DNA of 64,000 bases from an uncultured Candidatus Bathyarchaeia archaeon (GTDB taxonomy: Archaea > Thermoproteota > Bathyarchaeia > Bathyarchaeales > Bathycorpusculaceae), in contig CAZRCD010000004.1 in the NCBI GenBank assembly GCA_964598485.1, positions 47,516-111,515 of the forward strand. Reading direction: 5' to 3'. This document shows positions 27,302 to 36,538 of the stretch, in pieces; position 1 is the stretch's first letter, and each line of letters begins with the position of its first letter. Under the pieces are notes generated by a model that was given only the letters and a program-made list of their open reading frames with translations, had not been told where the DNA came from and ran no database searches. The position numbers and the translations under genes are program-made.

Positions 27302-29725
27302 TCAGAAGTCTCTTGTAATTATTGTATAGCTTGACAATTTTTCATGAACTATATCTCTCTGATCTTCCCTAATCCGCTCAATCATGTTTTCAACCATCTC
27401 AGCTCTTTTTGTCAATATACCAATAGAGTGGTGGCTTCCATTCGTAATTGAAGCCATGACCTCCGTGACAGTGCGACCGTATGTTTCGCGACCGTACATG
27501 TGAGGATTTATGTTTACAACAATTGTATGTATTCTCTCACGCTTAATCATTTTAGAAGCGGACATTACATCCTTCACTGTCATGTCTTCATATTCTCTAA
27601 CAATCACCCGAACCTCTTCTATTTGCCGAACCTCACCAGTCTCAAGGCTTCTCTTCAAGGGAACATTCGCACTCCCGTCAGTTATTATGACCATAACTGG
27701 CACGGTTGAAGGGTTTCTCCTTTTTGCCTCCTTCAAAACTTCTCGCGCCTTCAGCATTCCAGCGGCAAGAGGAGTGAAACCACTTACATGTAGATTTACG
27801 AGTTTGTTAGCTACAACTCTCAGGTTTGTTATCGGATGTTGAACGACAACAGCCCCTAGATTCTTTAGAGCTACTATTCCGACGCGATCTCTACATCTGT
27901 ATGCGTCGCTATGGAGCTTAAGCAACACTTCTTTCACAGCCTCTAGATTGAAAAGCATAGAACCACTTAGATCAATCACAAAAATCATTGTCAAAGGAGC
28001 CTTGTATGCCCTTAACTTTTCACGCACATCCTCGAGACAAAATTTTAACGCTGTCTCTAAGGGTTTTTCACGGTATTTCTGTTTTCTAGCTGCTTCTCGG
28101 ATAGTTGCTGGGATGTGAATGTCAGCGGGTTTTCCATGTGGAAACTTCCATCCGTAAGGTTTACCCTTATGGAGAGCCGTTATTGCCTGAGCGTGTCTGC
28201 CAGCATAAACACTCCGTTTCCTAGTTTTGATTTTTCCCATTTTTAGAAAAAATTTTGACGGAGAAACAATTCCCTTTTCTAAACTGCCAAAAATTGGAAA
28301 GCCTTGAGAAACTTTCAGCGATCCAGCAGCGTCACTGACTGTGGGAATTCCCTTTAACTTGCCTTTTTTGCTTTTAACCCTTTCTTGATAAGTTTCTCCA
28401 CGAAGCTTTTTTGAGCCTATTTGGAGGCTATCAGTTGAAGGGGCGTTTTTTGGTGTTCTTTTCAACTTCTTTCCAATTCCGAAAAGGACGCCACCAAGCA
28501 ACCGGTTGATTAGGAACATCAATCTAAGCTGTTGTTTTCGGAGTTTTTTCATAAGATTCTTTTTTTTTGCTTTTTCTTCCTCCTCTTTTGAAGCGTCTTT
28601 CTTAGCCCAGAAAATGGCCTTTCCTTTTAGGAATCCCCTTTTTTTCATTTCCTTCTTTGTTATTTCTCCCGTTTTTTCGAATTGAAAAACTTTTTTCACT
28701 GTTGTTCTGAAAGCTTCTATTATTTCCTGCGGCGTTGCTGGTTCAAGGAATCCCCCCTCCCTCGTTCTGTGGCTTAATGCAAGTTCAGCCGCGACCAAAA
28801 CGTCGTCTAATTCTACTTCTTTTCTGTTTTCAAATGCTGCTAACGTTGAGGCTGCTTTTGCAATGATTATGTCTGGGCGTAAGCCGTCAACCTTCAAGTT
28901 TGAACATGTTTTGCAGATGGCTTCGAGGAGATTTTCTGGAATAATAACATTTTCTAACAGTTTTCTTGCTAGAGCTATCCTTTTACGCAACTCATCTTGT
29001 GAAGTCTTGCTTTTTTTATAGAATTTTTCAGGGTTCCCCTCGAACTCCATGTTTCTCCTAACTACTTCCATCCGGTCCTTAACAGAGTCTATTCTCTCAA
29101 CAGTGACTGATAACGGAAAACGGTCAAGAAGCTGCGGTCTTAATTCCCCTTCTTCCGGGTTCATTGTTCCAATAAATATGAAGCGGGAAGGATGATTTAC
29201 GGATATTCCTTCTCTTTCAACGATGTTCCATCCCATGGCTGCAGCGTCTAGCAAATCGTCTGCAATGTGATCTGCCAAAAGATTGACTTCATCTACGTAG
29301 AGAATGTTTTGGTTTGCCTCAGCTAGAATTCCCGGTTCCAGCGCTTCTATTCCCTGTTTTATCGCTTTTTCTACATCAAGACTTCCAACGACTCTATCTT
29401 CTGTTGCGCCAAGGGGTAAGTCAACAACAACCATTTCTCTCTCTTCTACTGGTAGCTTTTCCACTTTTTTGTAGGTTTCACTGCATTTGGGACACATGTT
29501 AGATGGGTCGTGAGGGTTACAGTTGAACGGACAATTTTCAACAACTTCTATTTTTGGAAGAATGTCAGCCAAGGCGCGGACAATCGTGCTTTTCCCTGAA
29601 CCCTTCGGTCCCTTTATTAGCAAACCGCCAATTTTCGGATTAATTGCATTGATCAAAATGGCTAGTTTAAGCTTGTCTAAGCCTACAATTGCAGAGAAAG
29701 GAAAAACCAGCCTTTTCCTTTGCAT
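27302..29725 (-). CDS. Mg-chelatase-family AAA+ ATPase fused to a VWA domain (ChlI/ChlD-like)
   Basis: An N-terminal ChlI-like AAA+ domain ([17 protein letters not shown]…[10 protein letters not shown], a Cys-rich insert [17 protein letters not shown] and sensor motifs). This is followed by a Lys-rich linker and a C-terminal VWA domain with the MIDAS motif [10 protein letters not shown]. Confidence 0.8.
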   Translation of the reverse strand: MQRKRLVFPFSAIVGLDKLKLAILINAINPKIGGLLIKGPKGSGKSTIVRALADILPKIEVVENCPFNCNPHDPSNMCPKCSETYKKVEKLPVEEREMVVVDLPLGATEDRVVGSLDVEKAIKQGIEALEPGILAEANQNILYVDEVNLLADHIADDLLDAAAMGWNIVEREGISVNHPSRFIFIGTMNPEEGELRPQLLDRFPLSVTVERIDSVKDRMEVVRRNMEFEGNPEKFYKKSKTSQDELRKRIALARKLLENVIIPENLLEAICKTCSNLKVDGLRPDIIIAKAASTLAAFENRKEVELDDVLVAAELALSHRTREGGFLEPATPQEIIEAFRTTVKKVFQFEKTGEITKKEMKKRGFLKGKAIFWAKKDASKEEEEKAKKKNLMKKLRKQQLRLMFLINRLLGGVLFGIGKKLKRTPKNAPSTDSLQIGSKKLRGETYQERVKSKKGKLKGIPTVSDAAGSLKVSQGFPIFGSLEKGIVSPSKFFLKMGKIKTRKRSVYAGRHAQAITALHKGKPYGWKFPHGKPADIHIPATIREAARKQKYREKPLETALKFCLEDVREKLRAYKAPLTMIFVIDLSGSMLFNLEAVKEVLLKLHSDAYRCRDRVGIVALKNLGAVVVQHPITNLRVVANKLVNLHVSGFTPLAAGMLKAREVLKEAKRRNPSTVPVMVIITDGSANVPLKRSLETGEVRQIEEVRVIVREYEDMTVKDVMSASKMIKRERIHTIVVNINPHMYGRETYGRTVTEVMASITNGSHHSIGILTKRAEMVENMIERIREDQRDIVHEKLSSYTIITRDF

Positions 29726-29804
29726 TATGTTATTAACCTTCTATTCTAGTAAAAAGCAAGTTTCAACCTATTAGTTTTTAGTTGACTACGTGAGGGCCGA
29801 GGCC

Positions 29805-29878
29805 GGGATTTGAACCCGGGCGCCGGGCTCCACAGGCCTGTAGGCTACCATGCTACCTCACCTCGGCCACTTTTTCAC
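29805..29878 (-). tRNA. tRNA-His (anticodon GUG) with a genomically encoded G-1
   Basis: A manual cloverleaf gives acceptor GCCGAGG/CCTCGGC, U8, D-stem AGGT/GCCT with a 9-nt GG-containing loop, and anticodon stem CAGGC/GCCCG with one A:C mismatch. The loop CTGTGGA gives GTG. The T-arm is CCGGG-TTCAAAT-CCCGG, the discriminator is C, and an extra 5' G pairs with it. Confidence 0.85.
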
Positions 29879-30595
29879 TGATTTCAACTACTTTTTCAGA
29901 GATGTCTGTTGATGCTTATTTACGTTTTCTGAAGAGTTTGGCATCTTCCATTTCGCATACTTATTCGACCTCAGTTTTGACTAGGCTGTTTGCCTCGTCA
30001 ACTGTTTCAACCATTTTGCGGATGCGAGACTTGTGCTTCCATTACTGCTTCTCTCGTTAAATTTACGAGCCTTCTTATTTTCCTAAAAGCCAAACATGCA
30101 ACAGTTTTGAGAAAACTCGAACTTAACCGAACCTTATAAAACCATAAGAACTGGAAAACATGACGAGATTTCTCATATGTTAAAACCGAAAAGTTAGGTA
30201 GCAAACGTGCATCCAGAAAAAGAGAGACTTGAACAATGTTTTTTGATCGCTTCTCTTTGGTGCTATTACGGCTCTTTTCACGAGTTACATTGTCCTATTT
30301 CACGAACTATGTAGCTGTTTTCCAACCGGAAGCAATCCGAAAACAACAATTTTGACAACAAAACCTAAAATTCGAGGGATCCTAGACTGGAAAAAAGCTT
30401 GAAGCTTTTAAATTTATTCACAAGAATGGTCGCATAAATGTAAGGAAAAGCCGAAGAGCTTCCGCCTAGATGTATTCATGTGAACTCTTCTAGAATGGAC
30501 GATGGTAGTTGAGAAGCTCTACAATAATCAGCCTTAACGCGTGAGATGAACAAGTTTTTATCTTTGCACGTATGTTGTGAAAAGGGCGGATTAAG

Positions 30596-31015
30596 GTGAA
30601 GCAGCCTGAAAAGGCGTTGGTTGGAGCGCGCGGTGGCTACTGTGGAGGCTGTACTGATTATCTGGCGTACATCAACAATGATGAGAAACTGAAGAGGAAA
30701 CTTGCTGAAGAATTTTCCAAGCAATTTGACATGGACATTAGACCTGAAGACATTGGATGTTTTGGGTGTCACGGTTCAATACACAAACCTTGGTGTGCAA
30801 GCTGTTCTATCCGACAATGCACTGAAGAAAAGGGGATTCTAACCTGTACATTTTGTGACGAATTTCCATGTGAGAAATTGGAAAAATATTATGAGAAGGA
30901 TAAATGTGGGGATAAATTCAGAGCGCACATGCTTAGGCAAAAAGAGATAGGGTTGGAAAGGTGGTTGGAAGAGATGAAGCAAAAAATCAGATTACAAGAG
31001 CTTAGTGACTGCTGA
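30596..31015 (+). CDS. Cys-rich putative metal-binding protein
   Basis: Twelve or more Cys residues arranged in CxxC/CxxxC pairs (GGYCGGCTDY…CFGCHG…CASCSIRQC…CTFCDEFPC). It resembles DUF3795-type proteins, but this is uncertain. Confidence 0.4.
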   Translation: MKQPEKALVGARGGYCGGCTDYLAYINNDEKLKRKLAEEFSKQFDMDIRPEDIGCFGCHGSIHKPWCASCSIRQCTEEKGILTCTFCDEFPCEKLEKYYEKDKCGDKFRAHMLRQKEIGLERWLEEMKQKIRLQELSDC

Positions 31016-31174
31016 AACTGCAGAGGAAACGGAAATAAACCTCAGGGGTATGTAACTCGGAATCGCATGTCTAATACTTGAATTATGACTGTTGTTGATA
31101 AGCAATATTAAAATAATCAGTTACGTATAGCCTTTAAGGCGGAAAGAGAACAAGTCGATAGGAGGGAGGTTGAA

Positions 31175-31306
31175 ATGAAAATAACTGAAAAGCCTTTACA
31201 TGGTTGTCCAGTGTCGCCAGGAACCTATTACATCTACTGCATAGCCTATGGAAAAGTCGCTAAACCGTTCAACCTCACCGTAGCCTCCATTCCATGGACA
31301 AAATAA
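31175..31306 (+). CDS. Small hypothetical protein (43 aa)
   Basis: A GGAGGGAGG Shine-Dalgarno-like sequence lies 6 nt upstream of the ATG. Its 5' region is duplicated at 32952-33040, and it lies just upstream of the flotillin gene. Confidence 0.3.
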   Translation: MKITEKPLHGCPVSPGTYYIYCIAYGKVAKPFNLTVASIPWTK

Positions 31307-31318
31307 AAAGGGGAAAAG

Positions 31319-32677
31319 ATGAAAATGTTTGAATATCTGATGCCTTGGCTATTATACGCAATAATCCTTATTGTTGCAATCATTGTTTTGATCCTCAGCC
31401 CAAGATACACTGTGGTTCCTGTACATCAGGCTCATGTGGTTGTCAGAAGGAAAGGAAGGACAGTCTATTGCTCAAGAAAAACATTTGCTAGTAGCTACTG
31501 GTTCATGCCTTTGTTACAGAGACGAGCAATTCTCCCATTGGAGAACATTAAACTTGATATTGAGGATATTCCTTTACGAGATAAGGACATGGCAAAATTC
31601 ATTGGAGATGTCAGATGTTGGATTAGTATAGAAGACCCTGGTCTTGCAGCAGAAAAGTTGGGCAAAGTTGAGGCTGAACAGAAGGCAAGAGGCTTTGAGG
31701 CAATAGAGGCAGATGTCAAAGATCTTATACAGGCAATAACAAGGAACTCGTCAATGAAAATGGATGTATTTGCCATAATGAAGGAGAGAGAAAAATTCAG
31801 CAATGAAGTTCAGAAAGAAGTTGCTCCTATTCTAAAGGATGAATGGGGCATCAAAGTTGCAGACCTAGAAGTTATCCACTTCATTGACACTGAGGGATAC
31901 CATGTTATCAAAGATTTGGAAAAGAGACAGGCGAAAGTGATCGAAGCAGAAACAAGAAAGCAGGTAGCAATGCAGGAGAAAGATGCAGCCATGAGTGAAG
32001 CTGTTGCAGAGCAAGAGAAAGAAACCAAAAAGGCTGAAGCAGAAGAGTCTTACAGGAAGAGGCAGATTGAGAAGGATGAAAAGCTAGGAATAGCAACACA
32101 GGATAAGAATCTAAAAATTTCTAAGGCTGAAAAAGAGGCCAACATACAGGCTGTTGAGGCAAAGAGGAAAATGGAAGTCGGGACTGCAGAAGTTGAAAAA
32201 GAAGCTAGAATTGAAAATGCAAAGGGAGAAGCAGAATCCATCAAATTAAAAGGTTTCGCTGAAGCAGATGTCTCTAAGCAGAAATTGTTTGCAGAGGCAG
32301 AGGGAACAGAGAAGAAAGCTGTGGCTCTCAAGCAGTACACTGATGCGGGCTTATCCTTGGAAGTAATCAAAGCTAACATAGAGATTAAGAAGGCTCAGTT
32401 TGGTGCTCTAGCTGAAGGACTCAAAGTAGCAAAAATCAACTTAGTTACAAGTGGAGAAAGCAACATCTTAGGCATCCCAATAAGTGCAGAGACAGGAGCA
32501 GACCTTGGAGCCATGTTGGTAGCTTTGCAAAATCAGGGAATAGACATCAAAGCTCTTCTTGAAAAGCTGCCAATTTCAGAAGCAGCAAAATTAGCTATAG
32601 CTGCAAAAGCAGGAGTCGAAGTAGTTAAAGAAGCAGATGCACAGCAAGCAAAAAAGGCAAGGAAGCAAACTAAATGA
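31319..32677 (+). CDS. SPFH/Band-7 (flotillin-like) membrane protein
   Basis: An N-terminal TM helix and an SPFH domain, followed by long Glu/Ala/Lys-rich coiled-coil repeats (EA repeats) typical of flotillins. Confidence 0.7.
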   Translation: MKMFEYLMPWLLYAIILIVAIIVLILSPRYTVVPVHQAHVVVRRKGRTVYCSRKTFASSYWFMPLLQRRAILPLENIKLDIEDIPLRDKDMAKFIGDVRCWISIEDPGLAAEKLGKVEAEQKARGFEAIEADVKDLIQAITRNSSMKMDVFAIMKEREKFSNEVQKEVAPILKDEWGIKVADLEVIHFIDTEGYHVIKDLEKRQAKVIEAETRKQVAMQEKDAAMSEAVAEQEKETKKAEAEESYRKRQIEKDEKLGIATQDKNLKISKAEKEANIQAVEAKRKMEVGTAEVEKEARIENAKGEAESIKLKGFAEADVSKQKLFAEAEGTEKKAVALKQYTDAGLSLEVIKANIEIKKAQFGALAEGLKVAKINLVTSGESNILGIPISAETGADLGAMLVALQNQGIDIKALLEKLPISEAAKLAIAAKAGVEVVKEADAQQAKKARKQTK

Positions 32678-32934
32678 ACAAAATAGAACTTGACAAAATA
32701 AGCCCGAAAGCCCAAGAGTTGCTCAATATCTTTGCTAAAACAAGTGGAGTTGAGAACTTGGAGAGAGTCATCGAGGACATGACCTTTTCAGTGTATGAGT
32801 TGTTGGAGCTGATTGATACAACAAGAGACCCAAAAATCTATCCACAGGATGCAATAATAGTCATGAACACAGTGAGAGCTGTATTAGCGAAATTTACAAG
32901 GTTTGGCTCTCCATCTAAGGACATTCATCCATAA
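32674..32934 (+). CDS. Hypothetical protein co-transcribed with the flotillin gene
   Basis: A 4-nt start/stop overlap with the flotillin gene. It is an 86 aa helical protein with no recognisable motif. Confidence 0.35.
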   Translation: MNKIELDKISPKAQELLNIFAKTSGVENLERVIEDMTFSVYELLELIDTTRDPKIYPQDAIIVMNTVRAVLAKFTRFGSPSKDIHP

Positions 32935-33391
32935 CTTTCTTCCCTTTTTCTCTGTTGTTTATCAACAATGCTAGAATAATCAGTTACGCATAGTTTTAAG
33001 GGCAGAAAGAGTACAAAAGGAAAGGAGAAATTTGAGACAACGGAAAAACCAAAGAGAAGCAAAGCCAAACACGTCGCAGGCGTTATCACCACAGCAATTG
33101 TCGGCGCCTTTTATATCATAGGTTACCACCCTGCAACAAGGCAACCGCACATTGAACTATTAAATGCAAGTGGAGAAATTACCGATTCCAAAATTAAAGT
33201 GACAGCGACACTACAAAACTCTGACAACACACCTGGAATCGCAACAATAAGGTATAAGACATACTACAGCGACACAACATTCGAGACTCAAAGAAAAGAA
33301 GTTTTCATTCCAGCTCCATGGAACGCGTGAATCCACAAGCACCAACCTTTTCAGAGGGTTCACAGAAGTCTTTTGTCGAATTGTAAATGTT

Positions 33392-33808
33392 CTAGGTTGT
33401 TCCCATTACTGTGCAGATAACCTTTCTTTTCCTAGGATAGACATCTGTTTCCACGAAAATTAGGGATTGCCACGTGCCAAATTGCACATGACCATCAATC
33501 ACCGGCAGGGTCTTGTCTGGAGGCAAAAGCATCGATCTCAAATGGGAGTGAGCATTAGAGGGATGCCTGTAACGCTCACGTTTAGGAATTACTTTTTCAA
33601 GAAAAACCTTGATGTCGTTTAGCAGGCCGTATTCCTTCTCGGTTAAGATTAGAACTCCTGTGGCGTGAGGAGCAAAAACGTGAACCAAACCATTTCTGAC
33701 ACCAGACTTGGAGACTGCTTCTTGAACTTTGTCTGTCAAGTCTGTGAAGTCTATCTCACCCTTTGTTGAAAAAGAAAATCTTGTGTTGAAAACTTTAAAG
33801 TCTGCCAT
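33392..33808 (-). CDS. YjbQ/UPF0047-family protein (secondary thiamine-phosphate synthase-like)
   Basis: A conserved YjbQ core (…GLVHVFAPHATGVLILTE…HSHLRSMLL…) in a 138 aa protein. Confidence 0.75.
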   Translation of the reverse strand: MADFKVFNTRFSFSTKGEIDFTDLTDKVQEAVSKSGVRNGLVHVFAPHATGVLILTEKEYGLLNDIKVFLEKVIPKRERYRHPSNAHSHLRSMLLPPDKTLPVIDGHVQFGTWQSLIFVETDVYPRKRKVICTVMGTT

Positions 33809-33962
33809 ATTCTTTTTTACTCCAGCACTTTTGTCGCTGTCATTTCATCTATATACTTGCTGCCTTTGAAAAACTTTTTCACGATCTCCTAGTCAACACT
33901 AACACAGCGTGGTTTCAAACACTTCCAATTCCACAGTACTATTGCGTTACAAAGGGAACTGT

Positions 33963-34238
33963 GTTGATGCTTTCGTATACGCGGCAGGTCTGGTGAACAC
34001 TGGTGAAGCATCATTTTGAACGTAATATGGAGACCACTAAAGTCACCAAACAGTGAAGATCACACCTAAACAAGAGGAAAAGATCAACCGTTTAGCCTAC
34101 GTAAACAAGACAACATTTGTGTGCTCATGGGAAATAAGAAAGAAAAACCGTTTTTGAACAGCTAAATCTTGACATCTAAACGCTGGTGAAATCTCTCAGA
34201 TTGAATATGGCATGCAAGGCGTATACGAAAGCATCAAC
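33963..34238. mobile_element. MITE-like element of about 276 bp bounded by a 20-bp perfect inverted repeat
   Basis: Left arm gttgatgctttcgtatacgc (33963-33982) and right arm gcgtatacgaaagcatcaac (34219-34238). There is no internal ORF. It lies inside a 1.1-kb ORF-poor region. Confidence 0.4.
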
Positions 34239-34536
34239 CAAATCCCAGTTTTTCATCGAACAGAAAGGTGGAGTTGGATGTGTTAGCTTTTTTGAATTGA
34301 TGACCAGTTTCACGTTTTCGTTTATTTGATACATTTGTTTTTTCTCTACTGTTTCTGCAATTTTTCAGAGTTTTTGGTGAAATTGTGATAATTTGCAGAA
34401 AATGGTTTAGTCCTGTTTTTTTGGTGGTTTTTGTGCCAAGTCCATAGATTTTCGTAGGTTCTTCTAAGAGGCTACGATGTTCTTTCGGAAAAACATAAAT
34501 GTGCAGTATAATGCATAATAGTTATGCGTGGTTCAT

Positions 34537-34707
34537 ATGAGTGATGAAGATAAATACACAAGCATCAGAGTTAAGCGTTCTACAGTAGACGAATTGAAAA
34601 GCATAGGCCGTAAAGGCGAAACATACAACAATATTATCCTTTGGCTCTTAGCCCATAGACCTAAACGTAGGATCGCCAAGAAAGACGATAAAAAAATATG
34701 GAAATAG
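34537..34707 (+). CDS. Small hypothetical protein (56 aa), possibly a ribbon-helix-helix-like DNA binder
   Basis: Sequence MSDEDKYTSIRVKRSTVDELKSIGRKGETYNNIILWLLAHRPKRRIAKKDDKKIWK. It is preceded by an AT-rich TATA-like sequence and is not in the ORF track. Confidence 0.25.
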   Translation: MSDEDKYTSIRVKRSTVDELKSIGRKGETYNNIILWLLAHRPKRRIAKKDDKKIWK

Positions 34708-34894
34708 GTTTTGCTCTCCGAGCACTACCAGCTTTTCACTCTCGCAAATTATAGCCTTTGCTGTTTGCTAAGTGGATTCTGAAATGCTGTTGATGTCTAG
34801 ACTTCACCAACATCGAGAAGTGACCTTTTTACACAAGTTAGGGTTGGGGTAAACTGTTAAAAAATATCTACTTGCTAAGAATTCTATAAACGCA

Positions 34895-36307
34895 TCAGCC
34901 ACAATTTAGGTATTGTAACAGCAATTCTTCAATTTTCTCTGGATTGCTAGCCAGTTTCTTCTGCAAGTTCCCATCTTTGTAAGATTCCAGCTTGCTTATT
35001 ATTCCATCTGTCACTCTTTTTGGAAAAACGTCGTCTACCTCGTAGTAACTTCTGTCTCTCTTGAGACTTTTTGCGGATTCAATGCAAGATAATGGAAGAA
35101 CCTTGTACTTCCTGTTTCTCTTAACAATTTTTTCAGCGTTCAAGTCTTCAGCAATTTTCATAGCCTTTTCTGGATTTTTCAATCCATATTCCACGGCTAA
35201 TGCGATTCCAGCCAGCAGCAGATAGGTATTTGCTGATGGGTCTGGGGCTCTGAACTCGAAAGTCCGCGCATGACTTCCTGTTCCTTTGATGTCTTTTCTG
35301 AAGCTCCACCATAATGGTATTCGGATTAAAGCCAAACGGTTTCTTGTTCCCCAGCAAATATACGCTGGTGATTCTTTGCGGGAAATAAACCGCAAATATG
35401 AAACGGGTGTAGTGTTTCCGAAGGCTGTTAGGCTTGGGGCAAACTCAAGAATTCCCCCAATCATCTGTTTTGCTTCAACCGTCAAGTTTCCCTTGAAATC
35501 TGTAATTATGTTCCTGTCCTTTTTCAATCCGTAAAGGTGGACGTGCATTCCATTTCCAGCGTGCTTCAAAGCTGGTTTAGGGGAAAAAGAAACGTAGACT
35601 CCGTGTCTTGTGCAAGTGTTTCTGATGATCCATTTGGCAATGGTTACGGTTTCCGCCATCTTACTCAGGTTTTGTGGTAGAAACTCTATTTCATGCTGTT
35701 CCATTATGTAACCAGTTTTGGAGTGAAAACTGCCAACTTCTGCATGCCCATATTTTGTAGCTATGCCTACGTCTGCAAGGGTGACTAAAACTTCATTTCT
35801 TAAGTTTTCAAACTTAGTAAAGGGCATGGACTCGTGGTAGTTTCTTTCAGGAACTTCTTGGAAAACGGTTTCTTCCTGTTTATGAATTATGTAGAATTCC
35901 AGTTCAGCTAAAGCTTTAAGAGTTATGCCAGTGGAAGAACGCAGCTTTTCTTCCGCTCTCAAAAGGATGTTTTCGGGGGCGATGTCCAAGGGTTTTCCGT
36001 TTTCATCAAGGTATTTGCATAAAATGTTTAGTGTTGGTATCGAGTTGAATGGATTGGTAAAGGCAGTTTCTGTTTTGGGCATTATGTATATGTCGCTGTT
36101 GTTCGGATTAATGTAGGAGAATAAGCTTGAACCGTCAACTCTTTCTCCGAATTCTAAAATTTCTTGAAGTCTCTCCTTATTTTTAACCGTGAAACTTAGG
36201 GTTTTAAGGCGGCAGTCTTCAGGGATGTGACAAAGGTTTAGGATTTTTATGTCTTCTTTCTGAACCAGTTTGAGAATGTCTTCTTTGATAGAGCCTTGCG
36301 TTTTCAT
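34895..36307 (-). CDS. glnA: Glutamine synthetase
   Basis: GS catalytic motifs (…KYGHAEVGSFHSKTGYIMEQHEIEF…, NGMHVHLYG) in a 470 aa protein. Confidence 0.8.
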   Translation of the reverse strand: MKTQGSIKEDILKLVQKEDIKILNLCHIPEDCRLKTLSFTVKNKERLQEILEFGERVDGSSLFSYINPNNSDIYIMPKTETAFTNPFNSIPTLNILCKYLDENGKPLDIAPENILLRAEEKLRSSTGITLKALAELEFYIIHKQEETVFQEVPERNYHESMPFTKFENLRNEVLVTLADVGIATKYGHAEVGSFHSKTGYIMEQHEIEFLPQNLSKMAETVTIAKWIIRNTCTRHGVYVSFSPKPALKHAGNGMHVHLYGLKKDRNIITDFKGNLTVEAKQMIGGILEFAPSLTAFGNTTPVSYLRFISRKESPAYICWGTRNRLALIRIPLWWSFRKDIKGTGSHARTFEFRAPDPSANTYLLLAGIALAVEYGLKNPEKAMKIAEDLNAEKIVKRNRKYKVLPLSCIESAKSLKRDRSYYEVDDVFPKRVTDGIISKLESYKDGNLQKKLASNPEKIEELLLQYLNCG

Positions 36308-36453
36308 TTGGAAACATCCTTTAAGACAATAAATTGGAGGAATATATTATGTCAAGTTTCTCTTATTTTAACTCTCTCAAAACGAGACTTCTGCACTGAG
36401 CAGTTTACCCGTTACAGGTTGTTTTGTTATCCATTTCTATCATATTATCAACT

Positions 36454-36475
36454 CTGAAATAACCTCTATAATAAT
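36454..36475 (+). promoter_or_regulatory. Conserved 22-nt promoter-proximal motif tgaaataacctctataataatt, copy 2, upstream of lon
   Basis: Identical to 25297-25318. It sits about 65 nt upstream of the lon start codon. Confidence 0.5.
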
Positions 36476-36538
36476 TGTAAGACATGTTCTATTTTGAGAA
36501 AGGTTTGCTGACGGTTCATAAGGTAAAGGTGTCTAAAT

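Noticed and set aside
29879-30595. A 717-bp ORF-free region upstream of tRNA-His considered as an integrated-element scar
   Set aside because: No integrase, no direct repeat of the tRNA 3' end and no att-like duplication were found. The only recurring element is the partial copy of the 20-bp MITE repeat, reported separately.
31495-32379. Antisense ORFs (31495-31803, 31810-32028, 31908-32099, 32050-32379) opposite the flotillin gene
   Set aside because: They are generated by the repetitive GAA/GCA-rich coding strand of the coiled-coil region. Their translations are Ser/Ala/Phe low complexity.
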